Below are positions 26,425-36,671 of a DNA stretch of 52,953 bases, piece after piece. Source of the stretch: a virus (Duplodnaviria > Caudoviricetes); the IMG/VR virus record IMGVR_UViG_3300031565_000046, positions 1-52,953 of that record. One strand, given 5' to 3'. Position 1 is the stretch's first letter. Each line of letters begins with the position of its first letter. The notes under the pieces were generated by a model. The model had not been told where the DNA came from and did no database searches. It saw only the letters and a program-made list of their open reading frames with translations. A program made the position numbers and the translations under genes.

Positions 26425-26753
26425 ATATCAACGAGAATAATTACAAGTGTGAAAGCTGCAGTAATTACTTTGATCCTGAGAAAGAGGATTATGGTGCCGA
26501 TGATGATGGAAACTCTTTCTGTCAGAAATGCTGTGAAGAGATGCCTCAGTTTGGTGGGTGGGGAGTCTTTCAAGATTATCCTGAAGAGTGGCATATCCGT
26601 CCCATTAATGAACCAGATCATTTACACGACCAAGGATGTCATTGTCAACCAAAAGTTACTCAAGAGAATGGGATTGATATAGTCATCCACAATTCATTTG
26701 ATGGAAGGGAAGGAATGGAAAGAGCAATCGAGATTCTCAAAAGCACTAAATAA
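26406..26753 (+). CDS. Cys/His-rich metal-binding protein
   Basis: CESC...CQKC; H.RP..E..H...CHC.P...IHNSFDGRE. Confidence 0.6.
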   Translation: MEGKEININENNYKCESCSNYFDPEKEDYGADDDGNSFCQKCCEEMPQFGGWGVFQDYPEEWHIRPINEPDHLHDQGCHCQPKVTQENGIDIVIHNSFDGREGMERAIEILKSTK

Positions 26754-26828
26754 AAATTGTGTAAATAAAAAATGTTTACTACTTTTGACTCATCAACTTA
26801 CTGAGTAATAATTTTAAACCAACATAAA

Positions 26829-27140
26829 ATGAGTGAAGTAAAAGAAGTTACTGAAGTAACGTCAGTAAAATTAAAAGAAAATAGGGTCTTAATCAAAAAA
26901 TTTGAGAAAGAAGAAAAAAGTAAGGGTGGTATTATTTTACCAGATGACCAACAAGAAGCTCCTGAAGGGGGGACTGTTGTTGCTGTAGGTCCAGGTAGAA
27001 TGGAGAATAGCATCCTAGTAGAGAATGCGTGTCGGGCAGGAGAGAAAGTTCGTTATGTAAAACATGGTATGGAAGTGGAGATTGATGGTGAAGAATACTA
27101 TTTATTGAGAGACTCCGATGTGTGGGGTACAATAGAGTAA
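26829..27140 (+). CDS. groES: co-chaperonin GroES
   Basis: NRVLIK, SKGGIILPD, GTVVAVGPG, EIDGEEYYLLRDSD. Confidence 0.92.
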   Translation: MSEVKEVTEVTSVKLKENRVLIKKFEKEEKSKGGIILPDDQQEAPEGGTVVAVGPGRMENSILVENACRAGEKVRYVKHGMEVEIDGEEYYLLRDSDVWGTIE

Positions 27141-27161
27141 CTATTAAACCTATATAAAATC

Positions 27162-27764
27162 ATGACAAAATTAAGAGCTGATGGTCAAATTCAGAAGAAT
27201 GACTACGTAGAATTAATTGGGAAAAAACTCCCAGAAAGATTGCAAAAATCTCCTAAACCAATTTATGGAACGGTAATTAAAGTAAAAGGAAAAATTGCTA
27301 TTATAAAACCTAGATATAAAAGGTTCGAGATAGAAATCCCGATTACTGAATTAAAAGATGTTCCGTATGAAAAGTTTCACAATAAGCAGCGTAAACCAAG
27401 TAAAAAAACTAAACCTGTAACTCCAGTAACTGTAGTTGGTGAAGGTCCTGTTAAGGTTGTGCCTAAACCAAACGCCAAACCAACCTTTCCAGAAATAGTA
27501 AAGGAAAAGATTGATATGGCTGAGGCTGCTATTGATACTAACAAGCCTGCACCAAAAGTTCCTGAGAAAGTAGAGGCGGATAGCTCCTTTACCACAAAGC
27601 CAGAAGTAACTGAGCCATGTGAAACCAAAGCTGCTTTTGATGCTAATCCTGATCCTATGGATCCTGTAGAAGAATTAACCGAAGATGGTAATACTATGGT
27701 ATATGTTACAATGGGTATTTTAATACTTGCTGCAGCTGTAGTCAGTTACCTTCTTTTCTTTTAA
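27162..27764 (+). CDS. KOW/SH3-like protein with Pro-rich linker and C-terminal TM anchor
   Basis: GTVIKVKG domain; C-terminal hydrophobic helix. Confidence 0.6.
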   Translation: MTKLRADGQIQKNDYVELIGKKLPERLQKSPKPIYGTVIKVKGKIAIIKPRYKRFEIEIPITELKDVPYEKFHNKQRKPSKKTKPVTPVTVVGEGPVKVVPKPNAKPTFPEIVKEKIDMAEAAIDTNKPAPKVPEKVEADSSFTTKPEVTEPCETKAAFDANPDPMDPVEELTEDGNTMVYVTMGILILAAAVVSYLLFF

Positions 27765-27785
27765 TAATCATTAAACCAACAAAGT

Positions 27786-28115
27786 ATGTTTGAAGAAAAT
27801 AATCCGACAGCAGCGGGACATGATAGAGGTCCCGCATTGTCAGCTAAAACAAAGGTGGATGCATCGCATAACTTTGCTAACCTTCATGAAAGAACTAAGA
27901 GTAGTAATGAGCAATTGGCTGAACATGTCCTATGCTTGCGTAACATGATTGATGATTTAGCTGGATCCCAGATGAATAATAAATTATGCGAAGAACCTGA
28001 TAAAGTAAATTGTAGTAATGTATTAGATGCATTACATTCAGAAGCAGACACTAAATCAAAATTATTAATGGAATTAAATAACCAGTTAAGTAGATTACGT
28101 TCAGTAATACATTAA
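27786..28115 (+). CDS. helical hypothetical protein
   Basis: Packed ORF. Confidence 0.6.
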   Translation: MFEENNPTAAGHDRGPALSAKTKVDASHNFANLHERTKSSNEQLAEHVLCLRNMIDDLAGSQMNNKLCEEPDKVNCSNVLDALHSEADTKSKLLMELNNQLSRLRSVIH

Positions 28116-28132
28116 CACAAAACCAACATATT

Positions 28133-28540
28133 ATGAGTGAATCAACTTCACCAGGACCTTATGGTGCATTACACTTAGGTCGTGGTAATTATGGGCAAGC
28201 TATTGCTGCTTTAAAAAATGGTGAGCGTGTAGCGCGTTCAGGATGGAATGGTAAAGGGATGTTTGTATTTATGCAAATTCCCGCTAACATTGATATAGAA
28301 ATTGTTCCTAAGATGCAATCATTACCTCAATCAGTTAAGGATGAGTTTATTGCTAGAGCTAAATTAGAACAAGAAGCTGTTGAAGCTACTTCTCATTTAA
28401 TTAAGGGGCCTGCTGTAACAGTTGCACAATCAATTAAATATAGTAATCAGATGGCTATTGTAGATAGAGAAAATAATATTAATGGGTGGGTAGCATCATC
28501 TTCTGATACATTAGCTACTGATTGGAAAATTTTAGATTAA
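28133..28540 (+). CDS. DUF2829 / Tad2-family nucleotide-signal sponge
   Basis: AIAALKNGERVARSGWNGKGMF...WVASSSDTLATDW. Confidence 0.8.
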   Translation: MSESTSPGPYGALHLGRGNYGQAIAALKNGERVARSGWNGKGMFVFMQIPANIDIEIVPKMQSLPQSVKDEFIARAKLEQEAVEATSHLIKGPAVTVAQSIKYSNQMAIVDRENNINGWVASSSDTLATDWKILD

Positions 28541-28564
28541 TATTAACCAACAAAAATTATAATT

Positions 28565-29014
28565 ATGAATGATACAGCCGTTAACGGTAGTGCTATTGTA
28601 AGTCAAATGACTCAATACGCTGGAACAAAAAACATCAAAGCCGTAGAGATGACCAAGAAGGGATATTGTGCTTATAGAGGTTGGGATGTGCCTGAAGATG
28701 AAAATCCTGATGAGGTAGTTTATTTAGTGGAATATGAAGCAGATCCATTAAGTCAACCGAATCATCCTGATCATGAAGGGTATATTTCAATGAGTCCTAA
28801 ACATGTTTTTGATAAAGCATACAGACCATCTGCAACATTCCTTGATAGATTGAGAATTGAAAAGGAAGACCTTGACGTAAAGATAACAGCGTTGACTAAT
28901 GCACTTGAGGCAAAAAAAGTACCAGCTAGTGAAGTAAGCATTTTACAATTACAGCTAAGTACGATGCAACATTACTCTAAGATTTTAGAGACAAGGATTG
29001 ATAAAGCTGACTAG
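28565..29014 (+). CDS. two-domain putative anti-defence protein (YxGTK domain plus crAss001_48/Y16Q-like helical domain)
   Basis: YAGTKNIKA...GYISMSPKHVFDKAY; RLRIEKEDLD.KI.AL...LQLQLSTMQHYSKILETRI. Confidence 0.65.
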   Translation: MNDTAVNGSAIVSQMTQYAGTKNIKAVEMTKKGYCAYRGWDVPEDENPDEVVYLVEYEADPLSQPNHPDHEGYISMSPKHVFDKAYRPSATFLDRLRIEKEDLDVKITALTNALEAKKVPASEVSILQLQLSTMQHYSKILETRIDKAD

Positions 29015-29187
29015 TGACTGATATACCTCATAAACTAAGGTATATAGAAGCATATGTACATTATAGAAAGAATGTTCATGTGAAAATTCGTTTACCACAA
29101 AGTGACCGTGAGGTACATCTATTAAACTATTGTTTTACTAATGCTAAGAGTTATATGAACAGTATAGGAAAAAATTTGCATGTATAG
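29014..29187 (+). CDS. small hypothetical protein (57 aa)
   Basis: GTG start overlapping the upstream TAG; MTDIPHKLRYIEAYVHYRK... Confidence 0.45.
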   Translation: MTDIPHKLRYIEAYVHYRKNVHVKIRLPQSDREVHLLNYCFTNAKSYMNSIGKNLHV

Positions 29188-29247
29188 ATTTTATTATTAT
29201 CTTTACAGTCCCTGCTATTAATTAAATTCTGTTCATGGATTTAGATT

Positions 29248-29276
29248 AAGCCTCAAGTTACCTTGAGGCTTTTTTT
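29248..29276 (+). terminator. intrinsic terminator
   Basis: aagcctcaag-ttac-cttgaggctttttt. Confidence 0.8.
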
Positions 29277-29340
29277 ATTTGTATATCAAAAAGAATTTCA
29301 TTATATTATAAGTAATAGTATAACTACTAATACGAGAATT

Positions 29341-30234
29341 ATGTCTAAGGGAAATACAAATACATATGGTAACAAGAAGGTTAACTTTCCGTACCAACAA
29401 AGCGTTTTATTATTATTAGGTGCGTTAGAGAAGGCAGCCACGGCATCTGCGTCAGGTCTTGCTCAAGAATCTACACTTATTTCTGTACTTAATGCAATTG
29501 TTGCATCTGATCAAGATATAGAAATTTTATTAGTAAGAGATACAGGAAACGGAGATAAAGTTGTTCAGCAAATAACTAATTACGAAACTGGTGTACCAGT
29601 AGTAATATATAAAGATGTTAATGGAGCACTTTACATACCTGTTGGTCCTTTAGAATATTTAGATCCTTCTGCAGTATTGAATTTAATTCTTACACAATTA
29701 CAAGTATTAAATGCAGGTGGTCAATTGTTAACTGAAGCTACATTTACAGCTGAAGATTTTGCAACGGAATCTACATTAGGAGTTGTTAATACTAATCTTA
29801 GTACTATAAACACTAATGTACAATTAGGCAATATAGTACTTGGGAATTTACTTACTACATTAGCTACTGAAGCTACCTTGTTAGACGTTGAAACAGCTAT
29901 TGATACAGTTAAATTAGACACTGCCAATCTCGATGTAGCACTTTCTACAAGAGCATCTGAAGTTACTTTAGCTGCTGTAAATACAAAATTAACTTCAGTA
30001 GTAAGAACTCCTTCTTTACAAAGAATATCAGGAGTAGCTGCTGCAAGCATAGCTGCGGGTGCAAGATCAGCATCCTTCTTTAACGCGGGACTAACTGATG
30101 CCACTGTAGCAGGAGGTACACTTAAACCAGGAGAATCAATTTCTTTTGATGCAGGTGGACAAGGAGATACTTTAGGAGCTATTCCTTATGTAACAATAGC
30201 AACAGGAGACTTAGTGATAACTACAATAACTTAA
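29341..30234 (+). CDS. virion structural protein (fibre/trimeric type)
   Basis: Start MSKGN; ATExTL repeats; beta-sandwich C-terminus. Confidence 0.65.
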   Translation: MSKGNTNTYGNKKVNFPYQQSVLLLLGALEKAATASASGLAQESTLISVLNAIVASDQDIEILLVRDTGNGDKVVQQITNYETGVPVVIYKDVNGALYIPVGPLEYLDPSAVLNLILTQLQVLNAGGQLLTEATFTAEDFATESTLGVVNTNLSTINTNVQLGNIVLGNLLTTLATEATLLDVETAIDTVKLDTANLDVALSTRASEVTLAAVNTKLTSVVRTPSLQRISGVAAASIAAGARSASFFNAGLTDATVAGGTLKPGESISFDAGGQGDTLGAIPYVTIATGDLVITTIT

Positions 30235-30237
30235 GAT

Positions 30238-31344
30238 ATGGGAGGATTAACTGATATAAAACAATTATTACCTAAAAATGTATATGATGCAGCAGTAGGA
30301 GCTAATAGCCCTAGTGCGTCTAATGTATTTGCTACTATATCTGATTTGTCAGGTGGTGGTGGTATTTATGGTGGTTCTGGCTCAACACAAATAGGAACTA
30401 CTGTTGTTACTATGGCTGCCACAGACGTTGTTCGATTTGACTCATTGAATGGTCCACAAGCTGGTTTATTTACAATAGATGCTGTTAATAATAGAATAGG
30501 TGTTAATATAGCAGCTCCTGGTTATGCATTCCATTTAGGAAGTGGTGATGCTTATTTTCAAAATGGTAATGTTGCTATTGGAACAACTCCTACATTAGGA
30601 TATAAGTTATACCTTGCTACGGATAATACGGATGGAAATAATCATAGGGGTCAAAGGATTGTATTAGGTGGTGATAGCGTAACAGCAGCAGCACAAATAT
30701 CAGGACTTGAGATTAGAACATTAAACACTAAAACTGCTGCAGGTACAAATAATTATAGATTTATAGATATTAATGCTACAGGTGGTGCAACACAAGGAAC
30801 ATATAATTTATATGGTATGCGTGTTAAATTAGATGCTTTTTCTAATTTAGGTACCGCTACTATTAATAAATACATAGGTGAATTTGTAGATGGCACAGAA
30901 GGTTTAGGTAAAGTATTGAGTGATGTTACAGGTGGTGGTCTGGCAAGATGGGTTGATCCAAATACTTTAGTTAGTACTCCTGCTCTTAGTACAGTACTTG
31001 CTACAGGAAATACAACAGGAGCTAACAACTTAGTTATAAGTACAGGACAAAGAATTGTATATAACAATAGTACTTTTAATAGTGAAATAACAACTGCAAC
31101 ATTAACAAGTGATAGACTTATTACTTTACAAGATGCTGATGGTACAGTAGCTTTATTGAGTGATATAACAGGAACAAACTCTGGTACAAATACAGGAGAT
31201 CAAAATTCAGGAACAACATTTATAATAAGTAATGATAATACACTAAGAACAATAAATGCTAATTCAATCAATGGTGCTTCATTAAGAGATTTAGTTTGTA
31301 CATTAATAAGAGATTTAAACACAGCAGGAGTTTTAACAGTATAA
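30238..31344 (+). CDS. tail fibre protein
   Basis: G/T/N-rich; NRIGVN..P...FH and TLQDADGTVALLSDI fibre motifs. Confidence 0.7.
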   Translation: MGGLTDIKQLLPKNVYDAAVGANSPSASNVFATISDLSGGGGIYGGSGSTQIGTTVVTMAATDVVRFDSLNGPQAGLFTIDAVNNRIGVNIAAPGYAFHLGSGDAYFQNGNVAIGTTPTLGYKLYLATDNTDGNNHRGQRIVLGGDSVTAAAQISGLEIRTLNTKTAAGTNNYRFIDINATGGATQGTYNLYGMRVKLDAFSNLGTATINKYIGEFVDGTEGLGKVLSDVTGGGLARWVDPNTLVSTPALSTVLATGNTTGANNLVISTGQRIVYNNSTFNSEITTATLTSDRLITLQDADGTVALLSDITGTNSGTNTGDQNSGTTFIISNDNTLRTINANSINGASLRDLVCTLIRDLNTAGVLTV

Positions 31345-31348
31345 TATT

Positions 31349-32548
31349 ATGGGACAATTAGGAGATATAAATGTTAATGTAGATGTTTACACAGCTTCAG
31401 AAACAGATGTTCAATTACAGAACAGTGGTAAGTTTTCTGGTACAGCAGCTGGAACTGATACATATACAATAAGTTTTACACCAGCAGTTACAAGTTATGC
31501 ATCAGGGCAAAGATTCTTTGTAATCTTTACTAATGCTAATACAGGAGCTTCTACTATAAATGTAAATGGATTAGGAGCAAAAGCTCTTACTAAGAATGGA
31601 TCCGTAGCTTTAGCTTCAGGAGATATTGCTGCTGGTCAAGCTTATGTTATTTCTTATGATGGAACTAGATTCCAGATCTTAGGAAAAATAAGTGCTGGCG
31701 GAGGCGGAACAGTAGCAACAGCTGCTGAACTTAATACAGGAACTGATAATATCAAATATGCTTCACCTCTTGCCTTAGAGGGAAGTAAGTATACAAATCA
31801 ATCAGGTTCAAAAATATATGCTACAGCAGCAGGAACAAATACTTATACTGCAACATTAACACCTGCTATCATAGCTTATACTACAGGACTAGTTGTCAAT
31901 ATTTTATTTACTGATGCTTCTACAGCGGCAGCTACTTTAAATTTAAACGGACTTGGAGCTAAAGCAATAAAAAGAAATGGCTCTAAAGCTACTAAAAGTG
32001 GAGATATATTAGCAGGGCAATGTTTTAGTTTAATGTATGATGGTACTGACTTTCAAATGCTTGGTAGAGTTACTACTGATTGGAGTCCTACAGCATTAAG
32101 CTTAGGTGATGGTATAAGAAATGGAGCAACAGCATCTTTAAATGCAGGAGCAGGGATTTATATTACTTTTGATGCATCATCAGATGATGAAATTTTATAT
32201 AATGTTGCTTTAGATAGAAACGGAGTTCCTTATGACGGTTCAAATATTGATGTTAAATTATATTGGATGAAGTTTGGAGCTTCAGGAGGAACAGTTGGAT
32301 GGGAATTAGATTATGCTTTTGTTAATTTGGGTGATGATGCTTACACAGCAGTAGATGGAACTATAACGAATTTTGTTAATGTAACAGCTTTAGCTGATCA
32401 AACATTAACAAGCACTGTAGTTGGAACAATTAGTGGTCCAGCAGGAAGTAAAATTCTACAACTTACATTAAGAAGAAACTCTACAGGAGCAGGAGCAGAT
32501 TCTTACAATGGTGATGCAGAACTTTATGGTTTTAATTTAGAAAAATAA
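31349..32548 (+). CDS. tail fibre protein with duplicated module
   Basis: Two copies of TAAGT.TYT...P...Y...T.N.NGLGAK...GDI.AG...YDGT.FQ. Confidence 0.75.
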   Translation: MGQLGDINVNVDVYTASETDVQLQNSGKFSGTAAGTDTYTISFTPAVTSYASGQRFFVIFTNANTGASTINVNGLGAKALTKNGSVALASGDIAAGQAYVISYDGTRFQILGKISAGGGGTVATAAELNTGTDNIKYASPLALEGSKYTNQSGSKIYATAAGTNTYTATLTPAIIAYTTGLVVNILFTDASTAAATLNLNGLGAKAIKRNGSKATKSGDILAGQCFSLMYDGTDFQMLGRVTTDWSPTALSLGDGIRNGATASLNAGAGIYITFDASSDDEILYNVALDRNGVPYDGSNIDVKLYWMKFGASGGTVGWELDYAFVNLGDDAYTAVDGTITNFVNVTALADQTLTSTVVGTISGPAGSKILQLTLRRNSTGAGADSYNGDAELYGFNLEK

Positions 32549-32552
32549 TATT

Positions 32553-33053
32553 ATGTTTATACAAGAACAAAACTACAATTTAAAAGGTTACTATAAGGTA
32601 ATGACACCTAACCCTTTAGGTGATGCTCATATTATTGAATATTTTGCAGATTACAATGGTGGCAATCCAACTGGATTAAAGGTTAGAGAAACAAGAACAT
32701 ATACACGTAATGCTTTTACAGGTATTATTGAAACAATAACTGTTTTTATAGAATGGATAGGTAGTGATGGTGTTAGTTCTAAAGCTAATAAAACTATTGT
32801 TAAGCATTTAGATATAGGAAGAGGAATGGAAAAAAATGAAAAAGCAAGAAAAAGATTGCTTAATCAGGCTAAAGGAGCTGCCATTCAACTTATAGGTATG
32901 GAGGCAGGTAAAACATTTATGAGAAACTTTGGTTCAGAAATGAACTTGTACGTTGAAGGAGATAGACAACCTCTTATAGATGGTATTAATAATTCTGGAG
33001 AAACACAGTTATTTAAAGATACCTTGACGGGGATCTTGGATGTAGCATATTAA
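32553..33053 (+). CDS. hypothetical protein, possible fibre chaperone
   Basis: Position after fibre gene. Confidence 0.5.
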   Translation: MFIQEQNYNLKGYYKVMTPNPLGDAHIIEYFADYNGGNPTGLKVRETRTYTRNAFTGIIETITVFIEWIGSDGVSSKANKTIVKHLDIGRGMEKNEKARKRLLNQAKGAAIQLIGMEAGKTFMRNFGSEMNLYVEGDRQPLIDGINNSGETQLFKDTLTGILDVAY

Positions 33054-33072
33054 TAATTTATAAATAACCAAC

Positions 33073-33390
33073 ATGAAAACATTTAAAAACCAACAAACAA
33101 GTATCACTATAGGAATAGATGGTACTAAAGAAGTAAAAAAAATGACATATGCTGATCTTGCAGGATTGACTCTTAATATTCCACCACATGGGGGATGGAC
33201 AAAAGATGAGATGAAGATCAGATTTAAGATTGAAGCTAAATTAGAAAAACTGAATGTAGATGAGTCAGTTGAGTTAGAGGATGCAGAATTTGCAAAGGTA
33301 TTAGATGGTTCTAATCAACCTTGGCAGTTTAAACATAAAGATCTTGTAACTTACATGGATGACTTGGAAGCATGGAATAAAGAAGAATAA
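33073..33390 (+). CDS. hypothetical protein
   Basis: Packed ORF. Confidence 0.6.
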   Translation: MKTFKNQQTSITIGIDGTKEVKKMTYADLAGLTLNIPPHGGWTKDEMKIRFKIEAKLEKLNVDESVELEDAEFAKVLDGSNQPWQFKHKDLVTYMDDLEAWNKEE

Positions 33391-33824
33391 TGAAAGAGAA
33401 ATACCTTATCATCACTGGTGAAATCATTGCATTTTTATGCATGTTTTTTATGGATTTATGGCAAGCATGTGTTGCTGTTGGTTTCCTTATTGCAGCTGAT
33501 ACATTTACTGGTATTTGGGCTGCGTGGTCCAATGGACGTAAAATAGAAGGTAGTTGGTGGGCAGGTAAAAAACACGTTGAGTCACGTAAGATGGAACGGC
33601 TTTTGACCAAAGTGATCCTTTACCCCTTGGCTCTTATTGTTGCTAAGGTAGCCGAAGCATATTTAGCTCCTGTTATTCCGTGGATAGATATTACAGCAGG
33701 TGCGTTAGCTATGATTGAGGTACGTAGTATCTTTGAAAATATTGGTAAGTTACTAGGTTTTAATTTTTGGCAAAAGATTAAACAAGCTATTATTAAACAT
33801 CAAATAGAGGAGGATAACGTATGA
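33390..33824 (+). CDS. phage holin
   Basis: TM helices; LIAADTFTGIWAA, S.KM...LTK, EVRSIFENI. Confidence 0.75.
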   Translation: MKEKYLIITGEIIAFLCMFFMDLWQACVAVGFLIAADTFTGIWAAWSNGRKIEGSWWAGKKHVESRKMERLLTKVILYPLALIVAKVAEAYLAPVIPWIDITAGALAMIEVRSIFENIGKLLGFNFWQKIKQAIIKHQIEEDNV

Positions 33825-34354
33825 GTACCGAAGAAAAAACATGGGGTAAAAAGTTTAAAGAAGCTTTTGATACCAAGACAATTGTATTAGCATTAGCTAT
33901 ATTAGCCTACGCTGGTGAGAAAGTATGGGGTTTAATAGAAGTTGGTGCTGAAGTTGAGTTTCAAAATAAGATTATCGAGGCTTATAAAGCACCTGCTGTT
34001 AAAGAAGCTGTCAAGGCTGAATTTAAAGCTAACATTATTGATCCTGCTATATTGGGAGAAGTGTTAGCTTCACCTGAAGTACATGACTTCTCTAAAGAAG
34101 CCGGTGATAAGATTGAGAAGAAGATTGTTGCTGATGTACTTAAGGAAGACAGCACTAAGATAAGTCTTGTCTCTGGGTTAGGACAGAAATCTGGTATACG
34201 AGATGAAGTAATTATGGATAAAATGGCTACATTATTGAAGGCTTGGGATAAAGGAGAAATTATGACTAAAGATCAAGCAGATACTTACATTAAGAAAGCA
34301 TTGAAGAAAAACATTAAAACAAGTGCGTTAAAGCAACCTACAGCAATATTTTAA
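33821..34354 (+). CDS. membrane-anchored hypothetical protein
   Basis: N-terminal TM; follows holin. Confidence 0.55.
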   Translation: MSTEEKTWGKKFKEAFDTKTIVLALAILAYAGEKVWGLIEVGAEVEFQNKIIEAYKAPAVKEAVKAEFKANIIDPAILGEVLASPEVHDFSKEAGDKIEKKIVADVLKEDSTKISLVSGLGQKSGIRDEVIMDKMATLLKAWDKGEIMTKDQADTYIKKALKKNIKTSALKQPTAIF

Positions 34355-34366
34355 ATATAAAAGATT

Positions 34367-35890
34367 ATGTCACAAATAGATGATTTTGAAAGCGGCAAAG
34401 CTGCACCAGCTACGTTAACTAGAAACTATAATTCTGTATATATTCATCAGACTCCTAAAGGACCTATTACATATGTACAAAGTAGATATCCACGTGGTAA
34501 CTTTTGGGAACTTGCTAAAAATGGTGGTGGATCATTTCCTCCTGGTGTGGAAGTATTAAATGATTTAGCAGATGTTAATGCGTCAAATAATTCAGGAGAA
34601 GCTTTGGCTTACGATTCAGTTACTGGAGTATGGTCTTCACTAGAAATGTCACCAAGAGGTAATACGCTTATTGTAAGTACAAGAGGTTACTCTACTTTTT
34701 TTGGTGCAGCTAGAGAAAAATCTACTTTTCACTTTAACTCTTTAGCAGAGGCTCAGTCAGCTGCTCAAGCAGGTGATATGATCATTGTATATCCAGGAAC
34801 TTATACTAATCCTAACAACTTATGGATACCTGATGTAAACTATTACTTTTTTCCGGGAGCTACAGTAAGTAGAACATTTGGTCAAATGCTTAATTCAGCA
34901 GCAGGCGGAGAGTGTAATATTTATGGTAAAGGTGACTTTATATCTACAGCAACTATATCAGACAATTGGGATTTTCAAAATGGATGTGTGTGTAAGTTAG
35001 AAGCTAACAATATAGTTGTCAGAACTAACACTGGTTTAATATTTAGAGATACTGCAGATGTAATTATTGATTGTAATGAAATCAGAATGACATTTAGACA
35101 ATATCTAATTTACTGGAGAATATTTAGTGGAAGATCCCACATTAAAGCAAATAAGATTGTTATGGAAAATGGTGCCGGCATAGGTACCGCTAGAATCTTT
35201 ACTCAACGTGAGATTGCTGCAGAAGCTGATATTAAGGTTGAATGTCCATTTATGGAAACTTTGAGCAATCAATCTTTTGTTAGTGGTATATTTGGTATTG
35301 AGTTAACATCTCCGGGTGTTCCAAGATATTATGGTGATTTTTATGATAATAGGACTGGTGATTTAACAGATGCTACCATATATCAAAGAACTAGCCATTA
35401 TCACGAAGGTAATATTTATGTTAATCCTAATGTAAGGGCTATGAATATTGATTTTAGTATTCCTAAAGTAATTACCATGAAAGGTAATATCTATGCTTTA
35501 AATAATACTACTAGGCAGGCTATTACAACTGGAAGTGCTAATGGAGAATTAAACTTTGAAGGAAATATTTACTGCAGTAATGTAACAGCAGTAACTTTAG
35601 GTGGTAACAACTGGAAAACCGTATTTAAAGGTAATATCTTTAACACTGCTTTATCAGGTAGCGTTGTAAAAGGTATTGAAGTAAATAGTGCTACTCATGA
35701 TTTAATCATAGAATACTTTAAGGCTTATTTTGAAAATGCGCCTCATGTTGCAGGTAGTTATTCTATAACAGGTTCCAATCATAATATTAGAGTGTATGCC
35801 GATAGAGTATTAAGTAATGTGGATATAGATCCAGCAACAATTGATTTATTAACAGGAGCTGTACCAGCAGATTATCCTAATGTAATATAA
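34367..35890 (+). CDS. beta-helix tailspike-like protein
   Basis: SLAEAQSAAQAGDMIIVYPGTY start of parallel beta-helix; repeated GNIY/GNIF. Confidence 0.7.
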   Translation: MSQIDDFESGKAAPATLTRNYNSVYIHQTPKGPITYVQSRYPRGNFWELAKNGGGSFPPGVEVLNDLADVNASNNSGEALAYDSVTGVWSSLEMSPRGNTLIVSTRGYSTFFGAAREKSTFHFNSLAEAQSAAQAGDMIIVYPGTYTNPNNLWIPDVNYYFFPGATVSRTFGQMLNSAAGGECNIYGKGDFISTATISDNWDFQNGCVCKLEANNIVVRTNTGLIFRDTADVIIDCNEIRMTFRQYLIYWRIFSGRSHIKANKIVMENGAGIGTARIFTQREIAAEADIKVECPFMETLSNQSFVSGIFGIELTSPGVPRYYGDFYDNRTGDLTDATIYQRTSHYHEGNIYVNPNVRAMNIDFSIPKVITMKGNIYALNNTTRQAITTGSANGELNFEGNIYCSNVTAVTLGGNNWKTVFKGNIFNTALSGSVVKGIEVNSATHDLIIEYFKAYFENAPHVAGSYSITGSNHNIRVYADRVLSNVDIDPATIDLLTGAVPADYPNVI

Positions 35891-35896
35891 TAAGAT

Positions 35897-36232
35897 ATGA
35901 ATACAAATTTAGAATTAACAAAACAACCGGGCTTCAGACAATGTGCATACATGACTGACACTAATAGTGAAATCATAGTACATAGTGAATTAGCACCAGC
36001 TAATCAAACTATATTTGATGATTTAGTTAATGCTCTAAAGACAGAGTTTGGAAATAGAACTTTAGCGAAGCCTATAACTAATACTTCAGCTAATTTAGAT
36101 ATTCTATTTGCTGTAGAAGATGCTGATATAGATGCTGCTGATTATGATACAGATGTTACTGATTTTGCAGCAATGAGTCAACCAGCACAAGATGCTATGA
36201 CTGCATTTATTAATATGGCCAATAGCTTATAA
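35897..36232 (+). CDS. hypothetical protein
   Basis: Packed ORF. Confidence 0.6.
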   Translation: MNTNLELTKQPGFRQCAYMTDTNSEIIVHSELAPANQTIFDDLVNALKTEFGNRTLAKPITNTSANLDILFAVEDADIDAADYDTDVTDFAAMSQPAQDAMTAFINMANSL

Positions 36233-36660
36233 TGAATTATACACCTTATATCAATTGGACTAAGTCAGATTTCAGTTCACATCTGAAAAATCTGGCTAAT
36301 GTTTATGATATGGGTTTACCAATTAAATCATTAATAGAAGTTGCTTTATTAGATGAGAGGTGGGATCCGCTAGTTCAGTATGATGGTTGTACTTTGGTAC
36401 AAGATGTATATCATCCTTGTTTGAGTTGTTTTATCCATGATTATTTGTGGATTACTGGGCAAGGTGGTAAAGATGCAGATTATGTGTTTCTTTGGTTAAT
36501 GCATAAAGAAGGATTGACTGAAGGTAAAGCTAAACGTAGATACCTTGCTGTCAGGTTATATTGGCTTATGTGGGCTAAATGGGCTTATCTAGGTAAAAGA
36601 AATGTTAATCCATATAGTCCTGAATTTGGGGCTGTATTAAAATATATTAAAAAGAATTAA
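36232..36660 (+). CDS. DUF1353-like protein
   Basis: YDGCT...FIHDYLW...ADYVF...Y.AVRL. Confidence 0.55.
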   Translation: MNYTPYINWTKSDFSSHLKNLANVYDMGLPIKSLIEVALLDERWDPLVQYDGCTLVQDVYHPCLSCFIHDYLWITGQGGKDADYVFLWLMHKEGLTEGKAKRRYLAVRLYWLMWAKWAYLGKRNVNPYSPEFGAVLKYIKKN

Positions 36661-36671
36661 ATCTAATAATC

